From Bacilli bacterium (GTDB lineage: Bacteria; Bacillota_I; Bacilli_A; ML615J-28; CAG-313), in assembly GCA_017398545.1 (NCBI GenBank), contig JAFQFT010000048.1:2418-66417 (forward strand): a stretch of 64,000 bases of DNA, written 5' to 3'. Each line of letters starts with the position of its first letter. Positions within the stretch are counted from its first letter, which is position 1. The notes beneath the pieces were generated by a model, which made no database searches, was not told where the DNA came from, and saw only the letters and a program-made list of their open reading frames with translations. Below are positions 18,701-26,492 of this stretch, piece after piece. Position numbers and translations under genes: made by a program.

Positions 18701-21700
18701 TATTACTTCAAGAAGCTATCGCGTTAATTGGTCAAATACTTGAAAATGAAAATATTCATAGTATTGATGAAATTAAACAATTTATTGGTAATAAAGATTA
18801 CTTAGATATTAATGCTTATAATGATAGAGTAATTGCTAATGCACAAGATTTATTAGTTCTTGCATCTGAAAGTGATATTTTAGGTGTTCATTTAATTGAA
18901 TTATTTGATTATGCTATATCTCTTGCATCTTCTAAGACTAAGTTTGATTTATCATTTATGGAGGACGTTGTTACAACTAGTGAACTTCAATCTGATATTA
19001 GAAAGTTAGTTGAAATTAGTGATTACTTAGTTGAATTTGGTATTGTTGAATTAATTCTTCTTGGTGATGTTGCAATTAATTTAGATCCAATTATTGAAAT
19101 GGTTCCTTTATTAGAAGAAGTTAATCTTCTTACTAAGACTAATGATTATATTGCAGAAATCGTTTATAATATGATTCTTCCTAAGATTGGTTTAAAATCT
19201 GTTGATGTTGAACACTTCGAAGATATCAATTTCGCAAATGAAAATGCTGTATTAGTTAAAGTATTAGAAGAAGCTAAAGTATTATTAGAACTTGAAAACT
19301 TTACTACTGTATCTGATGTTGTATCATTTGTTAAGAATAAAGAATACTTATATTCTGATAAATATGAACAAACATTTGCTAGTGATGCAGTTGAATCAAT
19401 GTTTAGACTTGTTCAATTAGCAGTTTCTAGTGAGCTTGTTCAATTAGAACTTGTTCCATTATTCAATTATGGTGTTTCTAAACTATCTGAAAAAGTTGAT
19501 GTTTCATTCTTAGAAGACAGTGTTAAAACATCTGAACTAGTAAGTGATGTTGATGTATTAATTAAGATGGCAAGACTTGCTATTGAATTTGGTGCATTAG
19601 AATATGTATTTACTAAGAATATTGAAGTTGTTAATCTTGAACCAGTAATTGAAATTGTTGCTTTATTAGAAGAATTAAATATCGCTAAGAACAACGATAG
19701 AGAACTTAGTGCATTTGTATTTAACTTTATTTATGATAAACTTGGTATTAATAAAGATGCTAACGAATTAGTTAAAGCAAAACAAGGTCGTTCATCTAAA
19801 GTTAAACCTAGTGAATTTGTATATATCAATTATGCAAGTGAAAACTTAATTCTTCAAGATGCTCTTGAAGTAGTTAGCTTGTTACAAGAAGACTTTGGTT
19901 TAATTTCATTAAATGATATTATTGAATTTGTTAAGAACAAAGAATATACTAAGATTAGAGAATTTAGTGCTCCAGTTTATACTCATGCATTAGATTTAAT
20001 TAATGTTGCTACTGTTTCTACATTAGTTCAATATGCACTTCCTACTTTAGCAGACTTTGGTTTAGATAAAGTAAGTGGAAAAGGATATGACTTCACATAC
20101 CTTTCAGGTGTATTTACTGGTGCTGAACTTGCAAATGATATTAGAGTTATTGCTAAAGAAGCAGTATTCTGGTTAAGAGATAATAACATTTTAACTGCTC
20201 TTGATAATAAAGCTATTGAATCTTACTATTTTGATGAATTAGCTGAAACTATTAAAGCATTTAAAGATGTTAATATTCTAAATTATGAACAAGCTACTCT
20301 AGTTACTAAACTTACTAATATAATTTATGAAAAAGTGTTCAAGTATGAAGGTAGAATTAATGAAGCTTACTTTGCAGATGTTAATTGGGCTGTTGAATTT
20401 GATAATGTTGCTGCATTATTAGTTGAACTTGGTGATATCATTGAAACATTTGGTGTTGAAAATAATTTATTATCACTTTCTGGATTAAACGAATTCAAAG
20501 CTAATGCTAAGAATATTGAAATCTATAATGATGAAGAATTATTAAATAACTTTGCAGATGTTCTAGTTGCTCTAAGTAAATCAAGCGCATTATTATCTGA
20601 ACTTGAATTTGCAGAAGAATACTTAATTTCTAGATTTGCTGCTAAAGGCATTACATTAAATTCAATCTATACTACTAAAGAAGGTCTTGCTGAAGATTTA
20701 ATTACTTTAAGCGATGCATTATATGTTGTATATCCTTCTAACGTTTTAGGATTTGCTACTGGTAAAGAAGAACTTAACCAAGCATATGTAGTTGAACTTG
20801 TTGCTGCTATTGAATCAATTCTTGATATGAACTTATTAGCAGAATCTAAGTCTGACATTCTTGATTTAGTATTCGGTAAACTTGGCATTAATGTTGATAA
20901 AACAAATCTTGATGCTATAGTTTGGGAAAATGCTGAAACTGAAGTTGTTGGTGACTTATTACTTGCTGTTAATGATTTAATGGTTGAACTAGAAGTATTA
21001 ACAATTCAAGATGTTAAAGCTATTAATGTAAAAGAATACTTAACAATTAATTATGAAACTAATGATCAATTAGCTGCTATTAATGCTGTTCTTAATGTTG
21101 TATTAGAAAGTAAGTTAGTTGAAGCTTCATTATTTGGTATTTCTGAAAAATACTTAAATAGTGAAAAATTAAGTGGATATGCTGATTTACATGTTATCTA
21201 TACAGATGCTGCACAAGTTAAAGAAGACTTAGCTAAATTAGTTGCTGTAATTGATGCCGTTATTGAATTAAATGTATGTAGTTTCTTAGTTGAAGGTTCT
21301 AACATTCCATATGAAAATAAAGCTGCTATTGAAACTATTATTTATAATGTATTAACATTAAATTACTTAAATAATGAAGGTAGAATTAGTGAACTTGTTT
21401 CTAAAGTATCTTCAATCGATACATCAAGCATTAATTTTGATAATATTGATTTAGTAAATGATGCTCAATTATTAATTGATGCATATGAAGAATTATATCC
21501 AATCTTAATTTCAGATGAATTCTTCTTGAAGACTAAGAATGATCTTAAATATATTACTAAAGAAGATATTAAGTTCTTAATTAATGAAGAAAACTTACCT
21601 TCTGTTAGAGATGCTTTAAATAATATTCTTGATACTACTATCGTATCTGAAACAAATGGTGCTATCTTCTTATTAGTAGCTCCTCTAATTAAGAAAGCTG

Positions 21701-24700
21701 CTCCTAAATATTATGAAGCTATTGATCCTGAAAGATTAACAGTTGAAGAACTTGGCGAAGATGTAACTGCAATCTTTGACTTAGTTAGAGATGTTCTTGA
21801 TGCTGATCTTAACAGAATCGGTAAAGGTGAGATTTTCAATGCTGATGTTGAAGAATTAATTTCTAATGTAATTAACACAATTGCAAATCTAAATCTTCTT
21901 AATAGTAGATTTGATGATCTTGCATTAGTTATTGCAGATGATCTTGATTCTAAACGTGTTGGCAATTACTACTTTGATAAGTCATTATATAACTTAACTG
22001 ATGTAATGTATGAATCAGATTTACTTGCATTAATTGATGTTATTGCTGCTGTTTATGATTTATTTGAAGCTGAAAATATTGCTACAATTCAAGATGTAAT
22101 TGATTTCTTTGGTAATAAAGCTAATGTTATTGAATTATTAGCTAATACTACTCAAGTTAATAATCTTGAAAATATTATTAAATTAGTTACTGAACTTACA
22201 TTTGTTCAACACAATATTTTACCTGTATATAACGAAGCATTACAAGGTAAATTAGCAAAATTAGTTGGTTCTGAACTTGCAGATGTAACTTGCGTATATG
22301 CTACAAGCGAAGAAATGACTAATGACATTACAAGAATTCTTGATGTATTTAGAGATTTAATTGATCTAGGTGTATTTGAAGTATTAGATGGTGCTGAAAT
22401 TAATTATGATCAAGTTGCTCTTGTTAAGAAACTTCTTGCTGATATTGCTTCAGTTGAATATGTAAATGTTCAAAAACAAAATATTTTAGAATTTGTTGAT
22501 AGTAAAGTTAAAGCTGATCTATCTAAATTAGATGTTTCATCAATGGATTTAGTTAATGATTTAACTATAATTGGTGAAATGTATGAACAATTAATCCCAG
22601 TTCTATTATCTGAATATAATGCATTTACTACTGTATCTGCTTTTAAAGAAGGTACAATTGTTAAATCCGATTTATATGCTCTTATTTATGATTATCAATC
22701 AATCTATCCATCAGTTGTAACATTATTTAGTGAAGTTTCTATTGCTCCACAATTAGTTAAATTGGCTGCTGATTCAGCAAGCAATGGATTAACTGGAATT
22801 GCTAAACAAATCGTTGAAGTACTTGATGTTGAAAATGCTAGTGATGCAGATATTATTGAAGACCTTGTTGCTAGTGCTACAGTATTAGGCTATGTTAAAG
22901 ATCTTGACTTATTAAATAAAGTTCTTTACAAAGAAGATATTGCAGTTACTGACAATGAAACAATTGCTGCTCTAGTTGCAAGTGTATTTGAATTAAATAT
23001 TGTTGATAATAAGTTTGTTGAATTAGTTGAAGTTGTTCTTGAAGAAGTTCTTCATTTAGACTTAACTGATGTTGACTTAAATATTAATAATGTTGATAAA
23101 GAACAAGCACTTATTGTTGACTTAGTTAATAATGGTGTAATTGTTATGAATGATTTAGGTGCTCTAAACTTATCAGATGCTAAACCATTAATCCAAGATA
23201 TTAAGAATGTGTTAACTAGTGGTAATGTTAGTCTAGACGTTTATCTTCTTGTTGATAGTCTTGAATTATTAGTACAATCTGAATTATTTGAACAACTTGC
23301 AATTCCTACATATGAACAAAAAGTTTATCCTAAATTTACTGGTACTCTTGCTATTGCTGGAGATCTTCGTGATTATTCACAAGAACAATTTGCAGAAGAT
23401 TTAGATTTAATTACTGAAATGATTAATGATTTCAAAGTTTCTGGTCTTGATGATTTAATCTTTAAGGGTGTTACTCCTGAAAAAACTTGCATCCCATACT
23501 TAGAAAGAATTATTAGAAATCTATGTATGTTAAATATTGTTGAAGTTAAGAAAGCTGATGTTCCTACTTGTCTTCAAGATGTATTAGATAAGCAAGGTTT
23601 AACTTCAGTTATTAGAGAATACGTTGAAGACTTTGACTTAACTAAGTATGACTTATCATCTATTAGTTTCAAATCTGATGCTGATATTTATGCTTCTATG
23701 GCTCAACAAATTTATATCATTCTTGAAACTGTAATTAAGGAAGGATTTGATGCTCCATTCTTCGGTAAACATGATGCTATGGTTGCTCTTGTTGAAATTT
23801 ATGAAATTTCTCTAGATACAACTTTAGTTAAAGTAGTTGCTGATAAAGTATTAAGTGTTGCTAGTGAAGTTGCTGGTGCATTTGATTTAACAGTAAATGA
23901 AAATGATGAAGAAGTTCTTATCAATATTGCTAACTTCTTATATGGTTTAGTTGATTTAGGTGTAGTTGGTGCTGATGCTATTGATTTCACTGATAAAGAT
24001 ACTATTGATGTAATGATTCAATCTGTTTATAACATCGTTACAATTCCTGAAGAAATTAAAGTATGGGTTACTAAAGTTGCTTCAAGATTATATGCTTATG
24101 GTGTTGTACCATTTGATTGGAACATTGTAACATTTGCTAATGAATTAACAGTAGTTAATAATTTAGTTTCACAAATTGTTTCATTCAATCATGAAATTAA
24201 CGCTGCTGCATTTGTTAATCCAGCTGTTCAAGCTGATATTAATGAAATGATTTATACAATTAGTGATTCTTCATTTGTTGAACAATTATTCTTCCCATTC
24301 GTTGAGGGTACATTTAAAGCATTAACATTATCATATACTGATGGTGAAATGGTTTACGATGCTACACTAGATGATGTATTAGAATATTCACTTCCTAACT
24401 TCTGGAAATTAGTTAATGCTGCTTATGAAATTACTGAATTTAAGTATGGTTTATCTGCTAATCTAATTCTTGATAACTTAGGTTCTGTTAGAGCAATCGT
24501 TGAAGTATTAGGTACTGATATTATGATTAAAGATAATCTTGCTAAGATTATTGCAACAGGTATTGGTGTATTTACTGATTATGACCTATCTGATGAAGAA
24601 TATGCTGAATTACTTGCTATTGATTTCGAAAATGAAGTTGTATACTCAAATGCGTTCTTTGCTGCATTAGAAGATACTTATAACAATTATCCATTCTCAT

Positions 24701-26013
24701 TAGACAAAGCTATGTTAAAAGATGCTAACGTTGTTAAAGGATTAGCTGATGCTATTGAAGAAATTTTACCAAGTGAAACAGTTAAAGTATTCGGAAGACT
24801 TGTAATTAATATTGTTAATAATAACTTAATTGTTAATATACTTCCTGAGGTTTCTACTATTGTTAATGATCGTCTATTTGATGATAATTATACAGATGAA
24901 TTAATCGTTGATGATTTACATATGATTGTTGAAATCTTAAGAAATGCTGCTGATTCTGGTATTCTAACTAATAGAACAGACTTTGCAAGTTGGAACTTCA
25001 CAGCTATTAGAAATATCGTTACTCTATGCTTCGATACTAACTTAGCTGATGGTTGTGCAAATGAACTTGCTGAAGCTTGTATTAGTGTTATTCCTGTTAT
25101 TAATGAATATTATGACTCAACAGTTGTAATTAATAATTGGGAAGATGAAGTTAATGCAATCGTTGATGCTCTTGAAGAATTAGTTAACCACGGTTTAGAT
25201 TCTATTTCTGATCCATTTGATGACAGAATTACTGGTGAATTAATGTATATATTAACTCAATCTGAAATTATTACAAATGGTATGGTAACTGAAGTTAATA
25301 AGGGTCTAAAAGATCATAATTTAAGTGATTATGAAATTACAGCTGATGATATTAAAGCTGTTCAAACTGCTGAAAAGTGGGATAAAGAACTAGTTGCATT
25401 AAGAAATATTGAATCTGTTGGTATCTTAAATTCTAAAGATTCATTAACAGATGAAGATAGAGAAAATATTATTAATGCAGTTAAGTCGATTAAAGGTACT
25501 ATTTTATGTGATAAAGTATTATCTGAATCTGCTGAAACATTAGTTCCTAAACTACCAGTTATTAAGAACTATCCTGAAGCTCTTACAGATATTTCTGGTG
25601 ATGAATGGTCAGTTGAATTACATATCATTATCGATGCATTAGATGTATTACCTATCGATATTGCTACAGTAGAAAATCCAATCGAAACATTAACTGGTGA
25701 AATGATGGTAGCTTCATTAAAATCTAAGATTTTAACTACCGCAATCACAAGTGAATTTAACCATCAATTAGTTAATTTAGATTTACCATTTACAGTTGCT
25801 GAAAGTGATTTAACATCAATTCAAACTGCTGCTGAATGGGATACTGAACTTGACACAATTCTTGAAATTAAGGATGTATTAGATAACTATGAAAACGGTA
25901 CTGTAACTCTTCCTCAAGTAGTTACTCTATACAATAAAGTAGTTGCTGAAACAGTTCTTGCTGAAAAGATTTTAGTTAAGGCATTAGATGATAGAGGTAT
26001 TACTCTTGCATAA
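12787..26013 (+). CDS. giant-repeat protein, large paralog: CvpA-like membrane anchor plus ~4150 aa of acidic W-anchored helical repeats
   Basis: Uninterrupted 4408-aa ORF. The N-terminal 230 aa or so hold about five hydrophobic helices (LILLLVGLGLLVLVAVFVLLGCFAGLKKELK...), K/R-rich loops (AHNKAKKRAE, KKGSGKHRGW) and a last helix (LRAVIAIIFLFAPVSGVCSIL). The remainder is D/E/I/L/V/N-rich and poor in Cys, Pro, His and Arg. A [VI]-[ND]-W-x-x-[DE] anchor recurs about every 90 aa (Trp codons at nt 14002, 14245, 14527, 14797, 15082, 15352, 15637, and more). Confidence 0.85.
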   Translation: MMDFNLILLLVGLGLLVLVAVFVLLGCFAGLKKELKCAAIGFVVLLLTLLVFGNSSTILDFNGSLLKNFIQGIPSSAETIWDCILALVQTNVPGGAEIFAEGTKSYAFLYSVVSGVARGAMLIIGTLVMFILCTIGLGIYRLVSRIVAHNKAKKRAESGIVEPQPEQDKVINDNVLVAQSEAGDDEGVMITANKEPVKKGSGKHRGWAGALAGLRAVIAIIFLFAPVSGVCSILDEISPETETLINESLSGNKQNTAASNTILDVVLDFKDAYYDSAVGKFIEGSKFFFGESFSMQLFDSAFVIEGDKNNIVVREEAIVFVDAVNALEGNLDLKKLEYSQIANALDELKNSELLVEAMPVAIETAYYYPINANGNIKLMGTNESLKDLLFASKQQAAFLELRQVDWDKNIEILLDTVKEAYKLGVLDEDFNFLTMDPEQLSATVEVLLKSDAINSILNIAVQTALKLDVVKNNVGELPTADLSDFSWAKEFENIIDIYETFQGLEITSLSNLDIKALVTEIVNDEDKLQIVVDIVKQVTELQLVNKVGYDALVGYVSNMSHVVNAGDDVVKAVKDLKDVNWSNDINIYVEAAIEALPLIEIGDGLKINVDYLNLDVDTIRNVLDILFTTESFEKLLPVGASIGLNIALSNEKVIGFLGDIKVELDTSAINWKQEITTLVDAYDEFQDLGIKELNKEVDYKALLTDIANDSAKVEIVENVIEKVTESQLIKEVVYGVAIEYVLNIKSIQDQGTDLVEAIQELKEHDWSKDINAYVDAAIAALPLIEIEEGLQIKIDILNLDAVQLQVVIDTLFTAESFEKLLPVVANIGLDKALSNAKVKELIGEEAIVYDTSNVNWKQDFTSLVNIYSTFQELDINSLEDFNDMLAVAKRILDSEKQSEAVTSILHQLVDMTLYEGVIIPFADATVTNLISTRASNFEGILNITKLNKDAWKNDFADLVAIARNVYGICELEFKLENIDFELLCGVLGTETIELVFNLNLLDGDEAKNQLVIALLKQFKVFDEEQLANVDLSEVIWVSDGEYSEVANFQAILTVLGKMLEIDGIDLNNFKFDVSDILADEDVYGYAVDLLDVVVDSKLILALMPNILDKYVVPRVEQWDDEDGTLSQIITGLESDELVLEVQKLVDVVKAVVDLNVLNYKEEGIEGIDFANTDALKTIVNGIFDSKLLEGYESRVVRILLKVTNIFPDLAKGTFDSVDFDSEQAILIAAIDALEVVLKDENFLTLDENGKLKLDKEFYLKDETLDAFLNALKALFGEYKEGSSIYGSQIVEILLPDLFEKFVAKLIPEQFDELMAILNIDGANPRLLSDDIRKVIYIAELLIDEKVQSYLLGNDYNFSNIIDALQEVVETVFNLNMVNGSEAELMAWALNYVQSTAKFNIATFTAEDFANVDWDKEVVAINTLLDDVIKFTNVNKISTVNKLINFIKNKDFLKDDFLQTYNYNVIFETIEDLFDLQTIEYTLPVLLEYALNVAKEKNFDVSFLGDNMTSELLVEDVKSIVEALKVAVYDIEILEYKKANWTGDLPEVEYVVEILDIIVNLNLLENKEKQLLRYLVDKFIPANPYVKASDFTFDLHYDFDADFEIIKEALPLVYELIYANNMTKIEQVKAFITEKWYMNTDLVKDYNITLACDLVEVLSDLQLVEQALYGLVNNITELEALTKIGDFSSLETLSRRELVSDLKTLVSIVRQGLDANLLDYYVYKDLDYIDYEGLAGIIETVGTLNTVKYCGSDILPEVLNYILSKNSKLNINHTFTKDDFADVNWEEETIILGQVLVETGVLLNNINLDSLSDILLFINHKDYLNTIIYTDANAKQLVNILDVAIESEIVKAVGIIGFDLALDLAKDKGLDITFLRGKLTSDDLISDLDVIVEIAFNAIEFGAVEYVVTKNINDIDTTYLVNIVALLEELNILKCSQPEWTELAVSKIAKLLKLEVEVAADKYSSIDFANENVLLQEAIALIGQILENENIHSIDEIKQFIGNKDYLDINAYNDRVIANAQDLLVLASESDILGVHLIELFDYAISLASSKTKFDLSFMEDVVTTSELQSDIRKLVEISDYLVEFGIVELILLGDVAINLDPIIEMVPLLEEVNLLTKTNDYIAEIVYNMILPKIGLKSVDVEHFEDINFANENAVLVKVLEEAKVLLELENFTTVSDVVSFVKNKEYLYSDKYEQTFASDAVESMFRLVQLAVSSELVQLELVPLFNYGVSKLSEKVDVSFLEDSVKTSELVSDVDVLIKMARLAIEFGALEYVFTKNIEVVNLEPVIEIVALLEELNIAKNNDRELSAFVFNFIYDKLGINKDANELVKAKQGRSSKVKPSEFVYINYASENLILQDALEVVSLLQEDFGLISLNDIIEFVKNKEYTKIREFSAPVYTHALDLINVATVSTLVQYALPTLADFGLDKVSGKGYDFTYLSGVFTGAELANDIRVIAKEAVFWLRDNNILTALDNKAIESYYFDELAETIKAFKDVNILNYEQATLVTKLTNIIYEKVFKYEGRINEAYFADVNWAVEFDNVAALLVELGDIIETFGVENNLLSLSGLNEFKANAKNIEIYNDEELLNNFADVLVALSKSSALLSELEFAEEYLISRFAAKGITLNSIYTTKEGLAEDLITLSDALYVVYPSNVLGFATGKEELNQAYVVELVAAIESILDMNLLAESKSDILDLVFGKLGINVDKTNLDAIVWENAETEVVGDLLLAVNDLMVELEVLTIQDVKAINVKEYLTINYETNDQLAAINAVLNVVLESKLVEASLFGISEKYLNSEKLSGYADLHVIYTDAAQVKEDLAKLVAVIDAVIELNVCSFLVEGSNIPYENKAAIETIIYNVLTLNYLNNEGRISELVSKVSSIDTSSINFDNIDLVNDAQLLIDAYEELYPILISDEFFLKTKNDLKYITKEDIKFLINEENLPSVRDALNNILDTTIVSETNGAIFLLVAPLIKKAAPKYYEAIDPERLTVEELGEDVTAIFDLVRDVLDADLNRIGKGEIFNADVEELISNVINTIANLNLLNSRFDDLALVIADDLDSKRVGNYYFDKSLYNLTDVMYESDLLALIDVIAAVYDLFEAENIATIQDVIDFFGNKANVIELLANTTQVNNLENIIKLVTELTFVQHNILPVYNEALQGKLAKLVGSELADVTCVYATSEEMTNDITRILDVFRDLIDLGVFEVLDGAEINYDQVALVKKLLADIASVEYVNVQKQNILEFVDSKVKADLSKLDVSSMDLVNDLTIIGEMYEQLIPVLLSEYNAFTTVSAFKEGTIVKSDLYALIYDYQSIYPSVVTLFSEVSIAPQLVKLAADSASNGLTGIAKQIVEVLDVENASDADIIEDLVASATVLGYVKDLDLLNKVLYKEDIAVTDNETIAALVASVFELNIVDNKFVELVEVVLEEVLHLDLTDVDLNINNVDKEQALIVDLVNNGVIVMNDLGALNLSDAKPLIQDIKNVLTSGNVSLDVYLLVDSLELLVQSELFEQLAIPTYEQKVYPKFTGTLAIAGDLRDYSQEQFAEDLDLITEMINDFKVSGLDDLIFKGVTPEKTCIPYLERIIRNLCMLNIVEVKKADVPTCLQDVLDKQGLTSVIREYVEDFDLTKYDLSSISFKSDADIYASMAQQIYIILETVIKEGFDAPFFGKHDAMVALVEIYEISLDTTLVKVVADKVLSVASEVAGAFDLTVNENDEEVLINIANFLYGLVDLGVVGADAIDFTDKDTIDVMIQSVYNIVTIPEEIKVWVTKVASRLYAYGVVPFDWNIVTFANELTVVNNLVSQIVSFNHEINAAAFVNPAVQADINEMIYTISDSSFVEQLFFPFVEGTFKALTLSYTDGEMVYDATLDDVLEYSLPNFWKLVNAAYEITEFKYGLSANLILDNLGSVRAIVEVLGTDIMIKDNLAKIIATGIGVFTDYDLSDEEYAELLAIDFENEVVYSNAFFAALEDTYNNYPFSLDKAMLKDANVVKGLADAIEEILPSETVKVFGRLVINIVNNNLIVNILPEVSTIVNDRLFDDNYTDELIVDDLHMIVEILRNAADSGILTNRTDFASWNFTAIRNIVTLCFDTNLADGCANELAEACISVIPVINEYYDSTVVINNWEDEVNAIVDALEELVNHGLDSISDPFDDRITGELMYILTQSEIITNGMVTEVNKGLKDHNLSDYEITADDIKAVQTAEKWDKELVALRNIESVGILNSKDSLTDEDRENIINAVKSIKGTILCDKVLSESAETLVPKLPVIKNYPEALTDISGDEWSVELHIIIDALDVLPIDIATVENPIETLTGEMMVASLKSKILTTAITSEFNHQLVNLDLPFTVAESDLTSIQTAAEWDTELDTILEIKDVLDNYENGTVTLPQVVTLYNKVVAETVLAEKILVKALDDRGITLA
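14245..15354 (+). repeat. tandem 555-bp (185-aa) duplication inside the giant gene
   Basis: Unit 1 (FSWAKEFENIIDIYETFQGLEI...TESFEKLLPVGASIGLNIALSNEKV) and unit 2 (INWKQEITTLVDAYDEFQDLGI...AESFEKLLPVVANIGLDKALSNAKV) align colinearly. Similarity is still visible in the DNA, for example gaatcgtttgaaaaattacttcctgttggtgcaag against gaatcatttgaaaaacttttacctgttgttgcaaa, 555 bp apart. Confidence 0.8.
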
Positions 26014-26024
26014 GTAAAAAAATT

Positions 26025-26059
26025 AGAAGCATTCATATTATATGAGTGCTTCTTTTTTT
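26025..26059 (+). terminator. rho-independent terminator of the giant gene
   Basis: Stem AGAAGCATTCATA / TATGAGTGCTTCT (13 bp with one G-U pair), loop TTA, then TTTTTT. Confidence 0.8.
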
Positions 26060-26085
26060 CGTTTTAAAAGATTAATGCCTACTAT

Positions 26086-26114
26086 TTGACAAAACAGTAA
26101 TATTTTGATATAAT
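26086..26114 (+). promoter_or_regulatory. sigma-A-type promoter of rpmE
   Basis: TTGACA (26086-26091), 17-nt spacer, TATAAT (26109-26114). Confidence 0.65.
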
Positions 26115-26176
26115 ATATACGTAAAATAAACTTACTATGGTTTGACGTGAAAATCATGGCGGAAGGAGAGTAAAGC

Positions 26177-26401
26177 ATGAAAAAAGGAATTCATCCTCAA
26201 TATAACAAAGTAACTGTTGTTTGCGTATCATGTGGTAATACATTTGAATCAGGATCAACTAATAAGGAAGTACGTGTTGATACATGTTCTAAATGTCATC
26301 CATTCTATACTGGTGAACAAAAGTTTGCTCAAGCTGCTGGACGTGTTGACCGTTTCAACAAACGTGTTGCTGCTGCTCAAGCTAAAAAAGAAGGTAAATA
26401 A
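26177..26401 (+). CDS. rpmE: 50S ribosomal protein L31 (Zn-ribbon, type A)
   Basis: 74 aa: [28 protein letters not shown]...[10 protein letters not shown]. Both CxxC pairs are present. GGAAGGAG RBS. Confidence 0.95.
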   Translation: MKKGIHPQYNKVTVVCVSCGNTFESGSTNKEVRVDTCSKCHPFYTGEQKFAQAAGRVDRFNKRVAAAQAKKEGK

Positions 26402-26407
26402 TAAATT

Positions 26408-26440
26408 AAGACTTAAAAGAAATTTTAAGTCTTTTTTTTC
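26408..26440 (+). terminator. rho-independent terminator of rpmE
   Basis: Stem AAGACTTAAAA / TTTTAAGTCTT (11 bp), loop GAAA, then a T-run. Confidence 0.75.
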
Positions 26441-26492
26441 GTTTGATTAAATTAATTAATTATGCTATACTAAAATAAAGGAAAAGAGTATT

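Noticed and set aside
13230-23990. Antisense ORFs inside the giant gene (13230-13568, 15810-16013, 18267-18578, 19467-19694, 20667-20888, 21711-21965, 23799-23990; all - strand, 63-112 aa)
   Set aside because: These are shadow frames of a long, compositionally biased + strand ORF. Their translations are low-complexity S/T/N/I-rich strings, and none has an RBS or promoter.
8782-26013. Interpreting the giant proteins as polymorphic toxins, RHS/YD proteins, NRPS/PKS, or LPXTG/Ig-repeat adhesins
   Set aside because: I saw no YD repeats, no condensation/adenylation/KS motifs, no sortase signal and no beta-rich Ig-like repeats. There is no distinct C-terminal toxin-like tip followed by an immunity gene; rpmE follows directly.
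26115-26176. Hairpin in the rpmE 5' UTR (CTATGGTTT...AAAATCATGG), considered as a ribosomal-protein leader
   Set aside because: The stem needs two G-U pairs and I know of no conserved L31 leader with this sequence. There is not enough evidence.
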